A DNA stretch of 63,562 nt, filler included, from Candidatus Coatesbacteria bacterium (lineage in GTDB: Bacteria > JAFGND01): the NCBI GenBank assembly GCA_016927185.1. It is 5 parts of 5 records of this genome, joined end to end, with 100 filler letters (N's around TTAATTAATTAA, not from the genome) between each part and the next. Parts side by side here need not be neighbours in the genome. Positions count along the whole stretch, not along the records: positions 40,170 to 51,060 come from JAFGND010000097.1; positions 51,161 to 63,562 come from JAFGND010000103.1; 3 more parts are not named here. The stretch is one strand, 5' to 3'. Positions 48,285-57,512 of this stretch are shown here, one piece after another. The notes below the pieces were generated by a model. It did not search any database. It had not been told where the DNA came from and worked only from the letters and a program-made list of their open reading frames with translations. The position numbers were made by a program, and so were the translations under genes. Each line of letters opens with the position of its first letter. Position 1 is the stretch's first letter.

Positions 48285-49529
48285 TTATTCCTCAACAACG
48301 TAATAAAATTCCTTTATCTTATTATAATTATCATATAAGGAGATTTTCCATTTTCCTATTTTTCCTATTTCCGGACTTTTAAGATCAAAATATATATAAT
48401 CATCTCCATCTTCTGTCAATACACCATAAAAAAAGGTAAATTCATATCTGTTTTTATTCTCATTATATTTGTACAAGAAGCAACTAAAATAACTATTACC
48501 ATATAAAGTAGTATATGATAATTTTACCATAGGAATTTCCTCAAGTTTAAATCTGTCTTTCTCTTGATAGATTTCGCCTTCCTTTGTTGCTTTTGATCCT
48601 AATACTATTTCTTGTATAACATTCTTACCCCATTGATATTCAGGTTGATCCCAATTGGGAACAGGAGTATCTGCTACTCCTGAAGTAAAACTAACAGTTT
48701 TTGTTTTAGATTGATCTGATTTATAAAAAACCCATTGACCGTCCATTTCATTATCAAGATAATTGCCTTCCATTTTTATGTTTCCGTTTTCATAGTAATA
48801 AATCCATTTATTATCCTTTATATTAGATTTATAACTTCCTGCTATTCTTATTTTTCCGCTATCGAAATATTCAGAATATTTGTCTTCTAAATCCCCGTTT
48901 TTATATTCGCTTTCACTTTCAATATTACCATTATTGTAATAGTTTTTGCAAATTCCATTAAGAATCCCATTTACATATGTGCATACCGATTTTATCTTTC
49001 CATCTTCATAATATTTTTCTAATTGCCCATGACTTTTACCAGATTTAAACCATCCTTTACTTTTAATTTTACCAAGAGAGGCTTTTGAATATTCAATTAC
49101 AGAATTATCATAATATGTAGTCCAAACAGAATCTATTAGTCCATCTTTAGCAAAACAAATTTCTTTTATATAGCCACTAATATAATAAAGTATGCATAAA
49201 CCATTAATCTTTCCATTTTTATAATAAAAAGTAATCCCCTTATTCTTTCCATCAGTACAATAAGCAGTCCACAAAGAATCCTTCACATCATTTTTGTAAA
49301 AACCTTCTAATAATCTTGTTTCTGTGTATTCATCTTTTCTGAAAATAGTTGATTTCCCCTCTTTCTTGCCATCCTTTGTAGAAACTACTTCTTTATATTT
49401 CCAGTTATCTGAATAGTTTATTGGAGAAGTAAAATAAAATATATCTCCATTTTTGTCCTCATACTTTTCGTAATAGAAAATGTCTGTTAGTTGAAAAGTA
49501 ATGAGAACAAGAAATAAGATATTAACCAT
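48285..49529 (-). CDS. MORN-variant repeat (YwqK-like) exported protein
   Basis: Repeats G.W..YY.NG.I..EG.YK.G. Confidence 0.85.
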   Translation of the reverse strand: MVNILFLVLITFQLTDIFYYEKYEDKNGDIFYFTSPINYSDNWKYKEVVSTKDGKKEGKSTIFRKDEYTETRLLEGFYKNDVKDSLWTAYCTDGKNKGITFYYKNGKINGLCILYYISGYIKEICFAKDGLIDSVWTTYYDNSVIEYSKASLGKIKSKGWFKSGKSHGQLEKYYEDGKIKSVCTYVNGILNGICKNYYNNGNIESESEYKNGDLEDKYSEYFDSGKIRIAGSYKSNIKDNKWIYYYENGNIKMEGNYLDNEMDGQWVFYKSDQSKTKTVSFTSGVADTPVPNWDQPEYQWGKNVIQEIVLGSKATKEGEIYQEKDRFKLEEIPMVKLSYTTLYGNSYFSCFLYKYNENKNRYEFTFFYGVLTEDGDDYIYFDLKSPEIGKIGKWKISLYDNYNKIKEFYYVVEE

Positions 49530-49575
49530 ATAAACTCCCTCTTGATTATTAAATCCTATTAATAAATATTTGCTT

Positions 49576-50799
49576 TTATTCTACCTTCACCACTTTCTTG
49601 CATTCTTTCCCAGCTTTCACAATATAAACTCCCTCTCTCCATTTGCTTGTATCAAGAGAATGATTGCCTTTAGGAAGCTTCATTATCAGGCGACCGGTTA
49701 TAGAATAGACAGCTCCCGATGATGGCAGGGAAACTGACAAGCGGGAGGAGAAGGGGTTAGGTGATGCTGTGAAAGATTTGGTTGGAATATGTGAAGCTGA
49801 TTTATTATCATTAAAACTAGTGTAATTATCTAATGCCCAATATTTAACAGTTTTGTCTTTACTTGCTGTTAATGCATAATGACTATCTTTTGAAATATCT
49901 ATTTCATTAATTGCATCTGTATGACTATTTAATAATAACAATTGAGTTCTTGTGCTAAAATTCCAGTATCTAGCAACATTATCTTCTCCTGAAGTCAAGA
50001 ATTCGTTTCCAGAAGGAGAAAACCTTGCTGCAGTAGTGTTGCTAGGATTATGTGCTACAAAACTCCATTCAACATTACCATTACTTGTTCTCCAACAGCG
50101 GGTGACACGATCATTGACTGCTGAAGCATAACTTACTGATAATACATATTCACCTGAGGGAGAAATATCTACATCATTTATTTGACCCTGAAGATCACCT
50201 GAATCCCATATTTTATTCCATGATTGAGTGTTCCAATAGCAAACATGACCCCAATCATAACTTCCTGTAATCATTCTAGGTTGATTATTACGTTCCCATC
50301 TTATTCCATAAACAGGAGACCTTCTCTCAAGAATAAGTTGCAGACAAATCCCTTTTACTAAATCCCAATATCTTATTGAATCATACCAGTTTCCACCAGT
50401 CAATGCATAAACACCATCAGGACTAATATCGCAATCCCAAACGGCATCTGTATGATCAGTAAAAGTATAAATCAAAGATCTTTTAGTTAAATCCCAGTAT
50501 TTAACTGTTCTGTCCATACTTGTTGTTAGGGCATATTTATTGTCATAAGATATCGAAACACTTGTAACATCATTATTATGACCTATCATTGTCCATTCAG
50601 ATACTCCTGTTTTCAGATTCCAAAGACGGGCAGTGCTATCTTGACTGGTAGAGATGCAATAATTTCCGTTAGGAAAAAATTTAACATCATGAACTTCCTT
50701 ATTATGACCTGTAAGTGTTAATAAAAGATCCCCGGGAGATGAAAATAATGAACCAAACGAAACGATTATCAGAACTGCATTTACCATTAGTTTTTTCAT
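49576..50799 (-). CDS. Secreted WD40-repeat protein with T9SS-like CTD
   Basis: Signal peptide, SSPGDLL; GH...V..V.F.P.G....S.S.D.T..W repeats; SPNPF...WREGVYIVK. Confidence 0.9.
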   Translation of the reverse strand: MKKLMVNAVLIIVSFGSLFSSPGDLLLTLTGHNKEVHDVKFFPNGNYCISTSQDSTARLWNLKTGVSEWTMIGHNNDVTSVSISYDNKYALTTSMDRTVKYWDLTKRSLIYTFTDHTDAVWDCDISPDGVYALTGGNWYDSIRYWDLVKGICLQLILERRSPVYGIRWERNNQPRMITGSYDWGHVCYWNTQSWNKIWDSGDLQGQINDVDISPSGEYVLSVSYASAVNDRVTRCWRTSNGNVEWSFVAHNPSNTTAARFSPSGNEFLTSGEDNVARYWNFSTRTQLLLLNSHTDAINEIDISKDSHYALTASKDKTVKYWALDNYTSFNDNKSASHIPTKSFTASPNPFSSRLSVSLPSSGAVYSITGRLIMKLPKGNHSLDTSKWREGVYIVKAGKECKKVVKVE

Positions 50800-50864
50800 G
50801 AGAACCTCCCTAGAAGCAAAGACTATCTTCCCTTTTTATCAACATTGCTATGAAAATTGACAAG

Positions 50865-50916
50865 ATTTAATGTCAAGAGTTTTAATCTAGCCCCTAGACA
50901 TCATGGACTGACTTAT
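50865..50916 (-). promoter_or_regulatory. Shared upstream element (imperfect palindrome + TTGACA), copy 1
   Basis: ATTTAATGTCAAGA...TTAATCTAGCCC...GGACTGACTTAT, also at 51572-51635. Confidence 0.55.
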
Positions 50917-50968
50917 AGAGGAGCTATTATTATAACTGAAAACTCAATATTTATTATTAAATCCCTTT

Positions 50969-51060
50969 TCAGCAGACTTTCAGTAATTCCCTTACTATCT
51001 TGAAAGCCATTTTTGTTTCATAGCTGGGATTTGAAAACAAGGTTTTAATAATGTCCCGCC
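50969..51060 (-). CDS. 3' end of an unidentified gene truncated by the gap
   Basis: Open minus frame RDIIKTLFSNPSYETKMAFKIVRELLKVC*. Confidence 0.35.
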
Positions 51061-51160
51061 NNNNNNNNNNNNNNNNNNNNNNNNNNNNNNNNNNNNNNNN
51101 NNNNTTAATTAATTAANNNNNNNNNNNNNNNNNNNNNNNNNNNNNNNNNNNNNNNNNNNN
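51061..51160. other. Artificial contig spacer
   Basis: N44-TTAATTAATTAA-N44. Confidence 0.98.
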
Positions 51161-51506
51161 AATAAATTTCGTTAACTGTCCTATATCTCCATATAAAGAT
51201 TCCGTTTGAGCAGTTTATTGCATAAAGATAATCATCATAACTTCCAATATAAACAACTCCATCTGAAACACAAGGAGAGGAATAAAAAAAACCATAAGTC
51301 CCATATCTCCATTTAAGACTTCCATTTGAGCTGTTTATTGCATAAAGATACCTATCATAACTGCCAACAAAAACAATTCCAACTGAAATATAAGGGGAAG
51401 AGTCAACATAACTATCTGTCTTATATTTCCATATCAAATCTCCTGGTGCTGATAAGAGCATACTAGATAATGATAGCAGAATTATTATAATTAAAAGGTT
51501 TCTCAT
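51161..51506 (-). CDS. Secreted PQQ-type beta-propeller (3' truncated by gap)
   Basis: MRNLLIIIILLSLSSMLLSAPGDLIWKYK; PQQ blades; RBS AGGAGG. Confidence 0.85.
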
Positions 51507-51571
51507 TATTACCTCCTATAGATTAATTATGGTTTTTCCTTTTTTATTAAATGCAGTAAAAAAATGGCATT

Positions 51572-51635
51572 ATTTAATGTCAAGAACGAATTCTATTGTT
51601 GTTAATCTAGCCCAAAGACTGAAGGACTGACTTAT
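51572..51635 (-). promoter_or_regulatory. Shared upstream element, copy 2
   Basis: ATTTAATGTCAAGA...TTAATCTAGCCC...GGACTGACTTAT. Confidence 0.55.
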
Positions 51636-51785
51636 GTAAAATAGATTAAATAAATGCTATTAAATATCAAAGATATAAATACAGCATATCAACATCACTT
51701 AACAAAACCTTTTTTCAACTTTGTTCTTGACATGGCATTTGCTCTTTCATTCTTTTTCAGAAGTATTATATTGCAAGGAGAACAA

Positions 51786-53477
51786 ATGAGACCTGCTTTT
51801 CATCCCTTTGAACAGCTTAATTATTATTCAAAAAGCAAACCATCCAAGCTGTTCATTTATACTGAAGAAGAAACATATACTTATGAAGACTCCTTGAATA
51901 TCGTTCTGAAACTGGCACAATGGCTGAAGGAAAAAGGCATTAAGGCTGAAGATAGAGTGGGGATTGCCCTTACAAAAAAGCCGGAAACAGTTTTCCTTTA
52001 TCTTGCAGCTTTTTATCTTGATGCAATCCCGTTCCCTATTCATCCAGAAGAAACTTCTTCATACATAGATACAATAATTAATAAAATCAATCCCGGTATC
52101 ATAATTGGCAACGGAAGAAATGATATTGATAATTTCATGGAATTCAACAAGGATACTTTTGATACTGCAATAAAGGAAAATGTCAGTCTGGACAGGAACA
52201 AGGAATGGAGCGATCCTGAACAGGTAGCATACCTGAATTTCACAAGCGGTTCAACTGGTGAGCCAAAGGCAGCAATAACCACATATGACAATATATTCCA
52301 TAATACGATATCATCAATAGAGGCATTGAAACTCAATGTTTTTGATGTTCATCTCTGCCTCTTCCCGATATGGGTGCATCCTCATGAAATATGGGCAAGA
52401 CCGCTTTATTTGGGAGGTTCACTTGCCCTTACAGATACAGTATTCCCGAAAACCATGCATAATATAATAGAAAAAGCAAACATTACTGCAATGATGGCAG
52501 TAGCTCCAATATATCAGACACTCATCTCCATAAAGACACCCCTCAGGATAAGCTCTCTGAGAGTTGCAGAATCAGGTGGCATGTATTTTCCGCCATTCCT
52601 TATAAAAGAATTCAGGAACAAGACAGGCATAACAGTCATTCCTGTCTGGGGAAGCACTGAAACTACTGGAATAGCTTTCTATAATGACGATCCTAAAGGG
52701 GATGTCACCTCAATCGGAAAACTATGCCCTGGATATGAATACAGATTGTCCGAAGGTGTTGTAAAGGAACTCATGATAAGAGGAAAGGGAGTTGTTTCTG
52801 GATATTACAATCTTGATGAAGAGAACAGGAAGAATTTCAGGGATGGCTGGTACTATACAGGTGACAATATAATAGAGAAGGATGGAAACCTGATATTCAT
52901 TGGCAGAGAAGCTGGATTGATTAAAGTTGCAGGCTTGAAAGCCTATCCCCTTGAGATAGAACAAGCTCTGCTGAAGCATCCGGCGGTTTCAGAAGCTGCT
53001 GTAATTGCAACTGAAGACAAGATTAAGGGTGAAGTTCCAAAGGCATTCATATCATTGAAATCAGAATCTGAAACACCTCTTGAAATAAGGAAATTCCTGA
53101 GGGAGCATCTGCTTGATTATAAGATACCGAAGGATATCGAGATACTTGAGGGCTTGCCCAAGACTTCATCTGGCAAGGTGTCATATAAAAGGCTGAAGGA
53201 AATGGAGCTTGAACAGACAAAGATCCTGCTTGAACTTGAAAGGAAAATAAATAAACTGGATATAGAGCTTATCTCCATAATCAAGCAGAGATATGATTTG
53301 CTGATGGAAATACTGAATATGAGAAAATCACTGGAGCTTTCTTCATATTCTCTCAGATTGAAGAAGGAGCTTTCTGACAAGGCAGCTGAGGAAGCTCTTA
53401 AACAGGATCTTCCGATAGATGTAATAAGGGATTTGCTGGACATTTTGTTTGATAAATCAAGCTTGAGGAATATATAA
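51786..53477 (+). CDS. ANL-family acyl/aryl-AMP ligase fused to a C-terminal AroQ (chorismate mutase)-fold domain
   Basis: [28 protein letters not shown]...[13 protein letters not shown]; tail [40 protein letters not shown] before ATG 51786. Confidence 0.85.
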   Translation: MRPAFHPFEQLNYYSKSKPSKLFIYTEEETYTYEDSLNIVLKLAQWLKEKGIKAEDRVGIALTKKPETVFLYLAAFYLDAIPFPIHPEETSSYIDTIINKINPGIIIGNGRNDIDNFMEFNKDTFDTAIKENVSLDRNKEWSDPEQVAYLNFTSGSTGEPKAAITTYDNIFHNTISSIEALKLNVFDVHLCLFPIWVHPHEIWARPLYLGGSLALTDTVFPKTMHNIIEKANITAMMAVAPIYQTLISIKTPLRISSLRVAESGGMYFPPFLIKEFRNKTGITVIPVWGSTETTGIAFYNDDPKGDVTSIGKLCPGYEYRLSEGVVKELMIRGKGVVSGYYNLDEENRKNFRDGWYYTGDNIIEKDGNLIFIGREAGLIKVAGLKAYPLEIEQALLKHPAVSEAAVIATEDKIKGEVPKAFISLKSESETPLEIRKFLREHLLDYKIPKDIEILEGLPKTSSGKVSYKRLKEMELEQTKILLELERKINKLDIELISIIKQRYDLLMEILNMRKSLELSSYSLRLKKELSDKAAEEALKQDLPIDVIRDLLDILFDKSSLRNI

Positions 53478-54262
53478 TGGGTAATATCAAGACAGTAAAA
53501 GTGAATGATTGCGAAATTGGAGGAGACAGGTTCATATTCATGGCAGGTCCATGCAGTGTTGAATCAGAAGAACAAATAATGAAAATAGCCACTCTTCTTG
53601 ATGAACTGAAAATCCACATTTTGCGAGGCGGGGCATTCAAGCCAAGAACTTCCCCTGTAGCTTTTCAGGGACTCGGACTTGAGGGGTTGAAGTTGCTAAG
53701 GAAAGCTGCAGATAAATACAAACTTCTTGTAGTCACTGAAGTTATGGATACAAAGGACATATCCCTTATTTCTGAATATGCTGATATTCTTCAGGTAGGA
53801 ACAAGGAACATGTTCAATTACAGCCTGCTCAAGGAGCTGGGTAAGGCAAGGAAAGCAGTGCTTCTGAAGAGATCATTCATGGCAACCATAGAAGAATATG
53901 TAATGGCAAGCGAATACATACTTCAAGGCGGGAATGAGGATCTGATTTATTGTGAACGCGGCATAAGAACTTTCATGAAAGAGACAAGATTCACACTTGA
54001 TATCTCAGCTATCCCCCTGATAAAACAGATGACAAACAGACCAGTAATAATAGATCCAAGCCATGCAACCGGAATAAGATCCCTAATTCTCCCCATGACA
54101 AAGGCTGGACTTGTAACAGGGGCATCAGGAGCAATGATTGAAGTCCATCCCGATCCTGATAAGGCTTTGTCAGATGGTGCACAATCACTTAATCTTAATC
54201 AATTCAGGGCTGTCATTGAAGAGGTAAGGAAACTTGAAAATCAGATAAAAGCAAGTGATTAG
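53477..54262 (+). CDS. aroF: DAHP synthase class I-beta, without N-terminal regulatory domain
   Basis: [52 protein letters not shown]. Confidence 0.93.
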   Translation: MGNIKTVKVNDCEIGGDRFIFMAGPCSVESEEQIMKIATLLDELKIHILRGGAFKPRTSPVAFQGLGLEGLKLLRKAADKYKLLVVTEVMDTKDISLISEYADILQVGTRNMFNYSLLKELGKARKAVLLKRSFMATIEEYVMASEYILQGGNEDLIYCERGIRTFMKETRFTLDISAIPLIKQMTNRPVIIDPSHATGIRSLILPMTKAGLVTGASGAMIEVHPDPDKALSDGAQSLNLNQFRAVIEEVRKLENQIKASD

Positions 54263-55112
54263 CATAGTAGTTATAACCCACAAGAGAATTTTCTCCTTGA
54301 AAGCTCTTCTGGATGCATTGAATGCAGAAACTGAGGAATTCGAGATAGTTCTTATCAACAATTCGTCATCAAAAGAAGAGGAAGAACTACTAAAGTACTA
54401 TGATAATATAAGATACTTATCAATGGGAGCTAATATTGATTTATCGCAAGCAAGGAATTTGGGTATGAACGCAAGTGAAGGCGATATAATTGCATTCACT
54501 GATGATGATTGCATCCCCAAAAATGGCTGGCTGAATGTAATCAAGGAGAATATTGGTGATTATGATGCAATAGGAGGACCTGTTTTAAGCTACCTTGCAC
54601 TCAAGTATCCATGGTGGTGGGACGATGAATATTCATGGCTTATTGGCTTATCACCTCCTGCAATGAATTACGAAGAAGAAGGAATTGTCCATATCCCTCA
54701 AACAGCAAATATCGCCCTGAAAAGGAAGGTGGCACAGAAAGTCCAATTCAGGGAAGCACTAGGCAAACCCAGGCTCCCCCTGAGAGAAGATACATTATTC
54801 TGGAAGGATATAAGAAGCAAGGGATTCAAGGTCAGGATTATTCCTGAAATGATTGTATATCACAGAATTCCTCAAGAGAGGCTTTACTTCCATGCCTGTA
54901 TAAAGCGGAGTTTCAATGATGGATTATTACAGGGATATTTCAGGGAGGAAGACTTGAAAAAGATAATCAAGTTCGGTTTGATTTCTTTTATTGAAATATT
55001 TGTGGAGATGCTCAGGATTAGACCAAAGTTTGTTGCTGCACATATTCTTCAGACAATGAGAAGCATGGGCTTTTTATATGGAATATTATTATACAAATCA
55101 AGAAATGTTTAA
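54255..55112 (+). CDS. Glycosyltransferase family 2
   Basis: ISIVV.T..R, ARNLG, FTDDDC, ED, VYH.I. Confidence 0.88.
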   Translation: MISIVVITHKRIFSLKALLDALNAETEEFEIVLINNSSSKEEEELLKYYDNIRYLSMGANIDLSQARNLGMNASEGDIIAFTDDDCIPKNGWLNVIKENIGDYDAIGGPVLSYLALKYPWWWDDEYSWLIGLSPPAMNYEEEGIVHIPQTANIALKRKVAQKVQFREALGKPRLPLREDTLFWKDIRSKGFKVRIIPEMIVYHRIPQERLYFHACIKRSFNDGLLQGYFREEDLKKIIKFGLISFIEIFVEMLRIRPKFVAAHILQTMRSMGFLYGILLYKSRNV

Positions 55113-55123
55113 AGAAGGTAAAA

Positions 55124-55645
55124 ATGGAAAATGAATTTGTTCTTGTGGAAGTGGAAAGTCTTCTGTTTGACGATCACACAAAATCTCCTGTTGTTGTTCT
55201 CAAGGCAGTAGAGGGAGAGGAAGGCTGGATATTACCAATCTGGATAGGAGCTTTTGAGGCAACAGCAATGGCAATGGAGCTGGAAAATGTCTCTCTTCCC
55301 AGACCATTCACTCATGATCTGATGAAAAATCTCATCAGCATGCTTGGTGGAGAGCTGATTCAAATAGAGATTCACAGCAATGTAAAAGGAACCTATATGG
55401 CAAATATGGTAATAATGCAGAATGGAGAAAAAAAGTATCTTGATGCAAGACCTTCAGACAGCATCATCCTTGCAATGAAATACAAGGCAAAGATTTACGC
55501 AAATCCTTCGCTTCTTCAATCAATAAATCCTGAGGAGATGAAAACTCAATATCAGGCAGATTTTACTATTGAGAAAGAACCGGACGTTGATTTGGGTAGT
55601 CTTCTTAGAGATCTGCGACCAGAAGATTTCGGTCGCAATGAATAA
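55124..55645 (+). CDS. Bifunctional nuclease family protein (DUF151)
   Basis: LPIWIGAFEA, RPFTHDL, DARPSDSI. Confidence 0.92.
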   Translation: MENEFVLVEVESLLFDDHTKSPVVVLKAVEGEEGWILPIWIGAFEATAMAMELENVSLPRPFTHDLMKNLISMLGGELIQIEIHSNVKGTYMANMVIMQNGEKKYLDARPSDSIILAMKYKAKIYANPSLLQSINPEEMKTQYQADFTIEKEPDVDLGSLLRDLRPEDFGRNE

Positions 55646-56836
55646 ATGCCAAAAGTATATGATGTAGCAATAATTGGCTCAGGACCTGCGGGATCAACAT
55701 GTGCTTATTACCTTTCAAAAGCAGGTCTGCAAAACGCAATCCTCCAGAAGGGAAAGTCAGTTGGAGAACCTCTGCAATGTGCTGAAGGTCTAATCAGAAA
55801 AGCATTGCTTGAGGAATGGGAATTACCTCTTTCAGATAAAGCACTGGTTTCATATATAGACAAGGCACTCATAGTCTCTCCTGGCAATATAAAAGCTAAT
55901 GTGAGTTTTCCCAGAGGAGGTTTGATGCTTGACAGGAGACAATTCGATAAAGAGCTCGCAAATGAAGCAGTCAAGAAGGGAAGCACACTTTATCTGGATT
56001 TTCAGGCTACGAGGATAGAGAAAATAGATAATTTATGGCATATCTACAGCAAAGATAATAAGCTAGTTAAATCCAGGGCATTGATAGGTGCTGACGGGGT
56101 TGGAAGTTTTACAGGGAGATATTTGAAAATAATACCTCCCTTGAAACCCGAACAGGTTCATACATGTTTTCAGGTAATTGCAGAAAACGTTTCTCTGGAA
56201 AGAAACAGGATTGAATTATACTTGAATCCAGAAATTGCTCCAGGTGGATATATATGGGTATTCCCCAAAGGCGACAGCAAGGCTAATATTGGACTTGGCT
56301 GCCATAGAAGTGTCTGGAATATCAGGGACAGGACTCTTGAAAAAAGGCTTATGCAGTTTATTGCTCAAAGGTATAATGATTGCAGGATAACTGGCAAGAT
56401 AAGAGGTATCACACCAGCAGTGGAAAAATTCCCCATGATGGTAGATGATGGAGTTATAATAGTTGGAGATGCTGCCCATGTAACAGATCCCTTCTCTGGA
56501 GGTGGAACGCATAATGCACTCCGTACTGGACATCTCGCTGCAAAATGGCTGACGAGAGCATTCAATGAACGAAATCTCTCTAAAGAATTTCTTGATGGAT
56601 ACAGAAGGGAATGGATAGAAAGAAGGGAATTCGTTCATAAGCTGCTTTACAAGACAAGTACATGGCTTAGAGAATCTGATGACAAGGAACTGGATAAGCT
56701 AGTGGAGATTACCCAGGATTTATTTGGCAATATTTCCCTAAATGAGCTGAAAATTCCTTATGTCCTGAAAAAAGTACTGATACATCATCCTGTTTATGCA
56801 TTAAAATCTGCAGGGATATTTCTGAACAAGAAATAA
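55646..56836 (+). CDS. Geranylgeranyl reductase-family flavoprotein
   Basis: GSGPAG, QCAEG, GADG, APGGYIWVFPK, VGDAA...DPFSGGG. Confidence 0.88.
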   Translation: MPKVYDVAIIGSGPAGSTCAYYLSKAGLQNAILQKGKSVGEPLQCAEGLIRKALLEEWELPLSDKALVSYIDKALIVSPGNIKANVSFPRGGLMLDRRQFDKELANEAVKKGSTLYLDFQATRIEKIDNLWHIYSKDNKLVKSRALIGADGVGSFTGRYLKIIPPLKPEQVHTCFQVIAENVSLERNRIELYLNPEIAPGGYIWVFPKGDSKANIGLGCHRSVWNIRDRTLEKRLMQFIAQRYNDCRITGKIRGITPAVEKFPMMVDDGVIIVGDAAHVTDPFSGGGTHNALRTGHLAAKWLTRAFNERNLSKEFLDGYRREWIERREFVHKLLYKTSTWLRESDDKELDKLVEITQDLFGNISLNELKIPYVLKKVLIHHPVYALKSAGIFLNKK

Positions 56837-57403
56837 TCACTTGTATTGAATAATCTTCTTTTTTATTTCTATGCCAAGCTTTTTTGCAATAGAACTTGCC
56901 AGCATTTCCAGCTCATTCCCTTTTACCTCTGCATCTGTGACTGAAGTTAACACAAACACGCTTTTTTCTGCTAACGCCACATAACATGTAGATTTGTTAT
57001 TCTTGACAGTTGCATTAGAGCCTGGCAAGTCCTTTTCCTTCAATTTGTAAATCATGGAGGCTCCATCAGCTTTATTGAAGAAGTATATATGCACTTCCAC
57101 TTCCTTGTTATTATTCCCTTCATAATTAAATGCATATGCTTTTTTTAAACCATTTTGAATGTAAATTTCAGCTCCTCCATTTATAAGATCAAAAAGGTTA
57201 TCTTCATTATAGACAGATATTTCGCTTTTCAAAGTGAAATCAGATATCTTTTTTACTAATTCAGGTTTATCGTTTTCTTTTTTCTCATCTTTCCTTTGGA
57301 TTTCTTTTTTATCTATATTTTCCTTTTTTTCCTCTTTTGCCATGCTTCCTGAGCAGGAAAAAAGCAGGAGAGTTAATATAATTAAATAATGAATCTTTTC
57401 CAT
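56837..57403 (-). CDS. Hypothetical lipoprotein (DUF6599-like)
   Basis: Lipobox LFSC; Y..DNLFDLINGGAE.Y. Confidence 0.6.
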   Translation of the reverse strand: MEKIHYLIILTLLLFSCSGSMAKEEKKENIDKKEIQRKDEKKENDKPELVKKISDFTLKSEISVYNEDNLFDLINGGAEIYIQNGLKKAYAFNYEGNNNKEVEVHIYFFNKADGASMIYKLKEKDLPGSNATVKNNKSTCYVALAEKSVFVLTSVTDAEVKGNELEMLASSIAKKLGIEIKKKIIQYK

Positions 57404-57512
57404 CCCTTCTCCTTTCATGGATGAGAAATCATATAATAAAAATATTGTCAATACAAACTCTTTTTAATATTTCCACTTGACTTATATGCTTTATTTTTTG
57501 TTTTGTTTGTAA

